Positions 62,974 through 64,000 of a stretch of DNA of 64,000 bases are shown here, one piece after another. The notes beneath the pieces are model-generated. The model saw only the letters and a list, made by a program, of their open reading frames with translations. It did not search any database and was not told the origin of the DNA. The translations under genes and the position numbers were made by a program. The DNA comes from a virus, in the IMG/VR virus record IMGVR_UViG_3300021185_001231; one strand, 5' to 3'. Positions within the stretch are counted from its first letter, which is position 1. Each line of letters opens with the position of its first letter.

Positions 62974-63659
62974 GCATTTTTTAATTTTCTTAGTCTTCTT
63001 TTTTCTAGTTTCTCGTGCATTGCAAGACACTCGGCACGGAACTCTTTCTCTTCTCGAAGTTTCTCCATACGTTTTCGAGACTCCATCCACGCATCAAATG
63101 TGAGGGGAGTTCTAGATTTTCCTACAGACAACTTTCTTTGCTTGAATTGAGACTTAAGAATATCTCTTTCTTTAGTTCCCATAAAGGTACCAACTAATTT
63201 CAGGAGAGTTCTTCGAAAAGATCTACCATGATGCATATGACCTAGACAGTGTGTAAGTTCATGAATGAGAGTGTATCTATTGAATCCGCCATCAGAGTTT
63301 AGTACTACAGTGAATCCATCAGTTTTACCACTGAATCGACTACTCTTTCTTTGCATTTCAACTATCTTAGGTTGACTCCTAACCAATGACAACACATCTT
63401 CTTCAACACTTTCCATCCAAAGATTTCTCCAAGTCTTAGACTTGTATATTCGCTTTGCGTATTTTTTAGCTTCCTCAATAGTATCGAACTCAATGTCTTC
63501 GATCTTTCTCTGAAAGTCCCACTCAGCACTATAGGTCCTAGTTCTTTCGGTATCTCTACCACGACTGCCTTTATTTTGTTTGTTGATATGGTTTCCTAAG
63601 TACTGGTTGTACTTATATTCGTCAGAGTCATAGACAGGGTAGTCAAAGTAATTATACAT
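62970..63659 (-). CDS. SprT-like zinc metallopeptidase
   Basis: LIHELTH...HHG..F. Confidence 0.7.
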   Translation of the reverse strand: MYNYFDYPVYDSDEYKYNQYLGNHINKQNKGSRGRDTERTRTYSAEWDFQRKIEDIEFDTIEEAKKYAKRIYKSKTWRNLWMESVEEDVLSLVRSQPKIVEMQRKSSRFSGKTDGFTVVLNSDGGFNRYTLIHELTHCLGHMHHGRSFRRTLLKLVGTFMGTKERDILKSQFKQRKLSVGKSRTPLTFDAWMESRKRMEKLREEKEFRAECLAMHEKLEKRRLRKLKNA

Positions 63660-63829
63660 TACTGACCCCCAACAAAAGCGTATCGAGGATTTTCACAGAA
63701 CATTCCAACTTCATCAAAACCTAGAAGACAGAAACCATCTAAAGGATCGGTACCAGCTTCGTACTCTACTAGTTCATAACCAGAACGAAATTCTCTAACA
63801 TCTTTTATATCTACTTTAATCACTTTCAT
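63659..63829 (-). CDS. Hypothetical early protein (start corrected)
   Basis: MKVIKVDIKD... after GAGAGAG leader. Confidence 0.7.
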   Translation of the reverse strand: MKVIKVDIKDVREFRSGYELVEYEAGTDPLDGFCLLGFDEVGMFCENPRYAFVGGQ

Positions 63830-63866
63830 AATATATTCTCTCTCAGTTCTCATAATCAATACAAGT

Positions 63867-63895
63867 ATTATACTTTATTGGGCAAGTATTGTCAA
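63867..63895 (-). promoter_or_regulatory. Early sigma70-type promoter (same leader as 12647/12945 cassettes)
   Basis: TTGACA-N17-TATAAT-ACTTGTATTGATTATGAGAACTGAGAGA. Confidence 0.9.
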
Positions 63896-63923
63896 GTATT
63901 ATTTTGAAAATAAGTTAAATAAT

Positions 63924-64000
63924 TTAGTGTTCGAACTCAAATCCTTCAAAGAAGTCTACGAATTCTCGGTAGTCTTCGAATTTAAAGAAGAAAAATTTGT
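63924..64000 (-). CDS. 3' end of a gene starting outside the window
   Basis: ...KFFFFKFEDYREFVDFFEGFEFEH-stop. Confidence 0.4.
   Translation of the reverse strand, partial: KFFFFKFEDYREFVDFFEGFEFEH

Overview
A 64 kb segment of a large, AT-rich T4-like (contractile-tailed) dsDNA phage genome. The host is probably an aquatic Gram-negative proteobacterium; this is inferred from the spanins, proteobacterial-type iscU/iscA, perfect sigma70 promoters and a UV-repair glycosylase. From left to right it holds: (i) a fibre/baseplate block with a 176-triplet collagen fibre and gp9-, gp7-like, gp6 and gp25 genes, followed by a 2OG-oxygenase-like gene and a DUF115-like gene; (ii) an early region of small ORFs driven by repeated TTGACA-N17-TATAAT promoter cassettes; (iii) iscA/iscU appended to the gp48-gp53-hub-gp5 operon; (iv) gp4, gp2, gp54, gp26, gp51, tape measure, gp32 and gp33; (v) an accessory region with spanins, endolysin, many glycosyltransferase-like genes, a radical SAM enzyme, MazG, a HAD nucleotidase and six tRNAs; (vi) nrdA (with fused glutaredoxin) and nrdB; (vii) a late operon of proteins with T4 internal-protein-like N-termini. 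The best candidate for an undescribed system is that last operon. It appears to encode capsid-packaged, prohead-protease-processed cargo, including an ATP-dependent-ligase-fold protein (KxDG) and a HIGH-motif nucleotidyltransferase polyprotein with a putative RNase module. Also notable are a CCA-ending tRNA-like ncRNA in the tRNA cluster, ssrA-like C-terminal AA tails on early proteins, two apparent pseudo-enzymes and DNA-conserved module junctions in a large beta-propeller protein. All family assignments come from motif recognition by eye; no searches were run.
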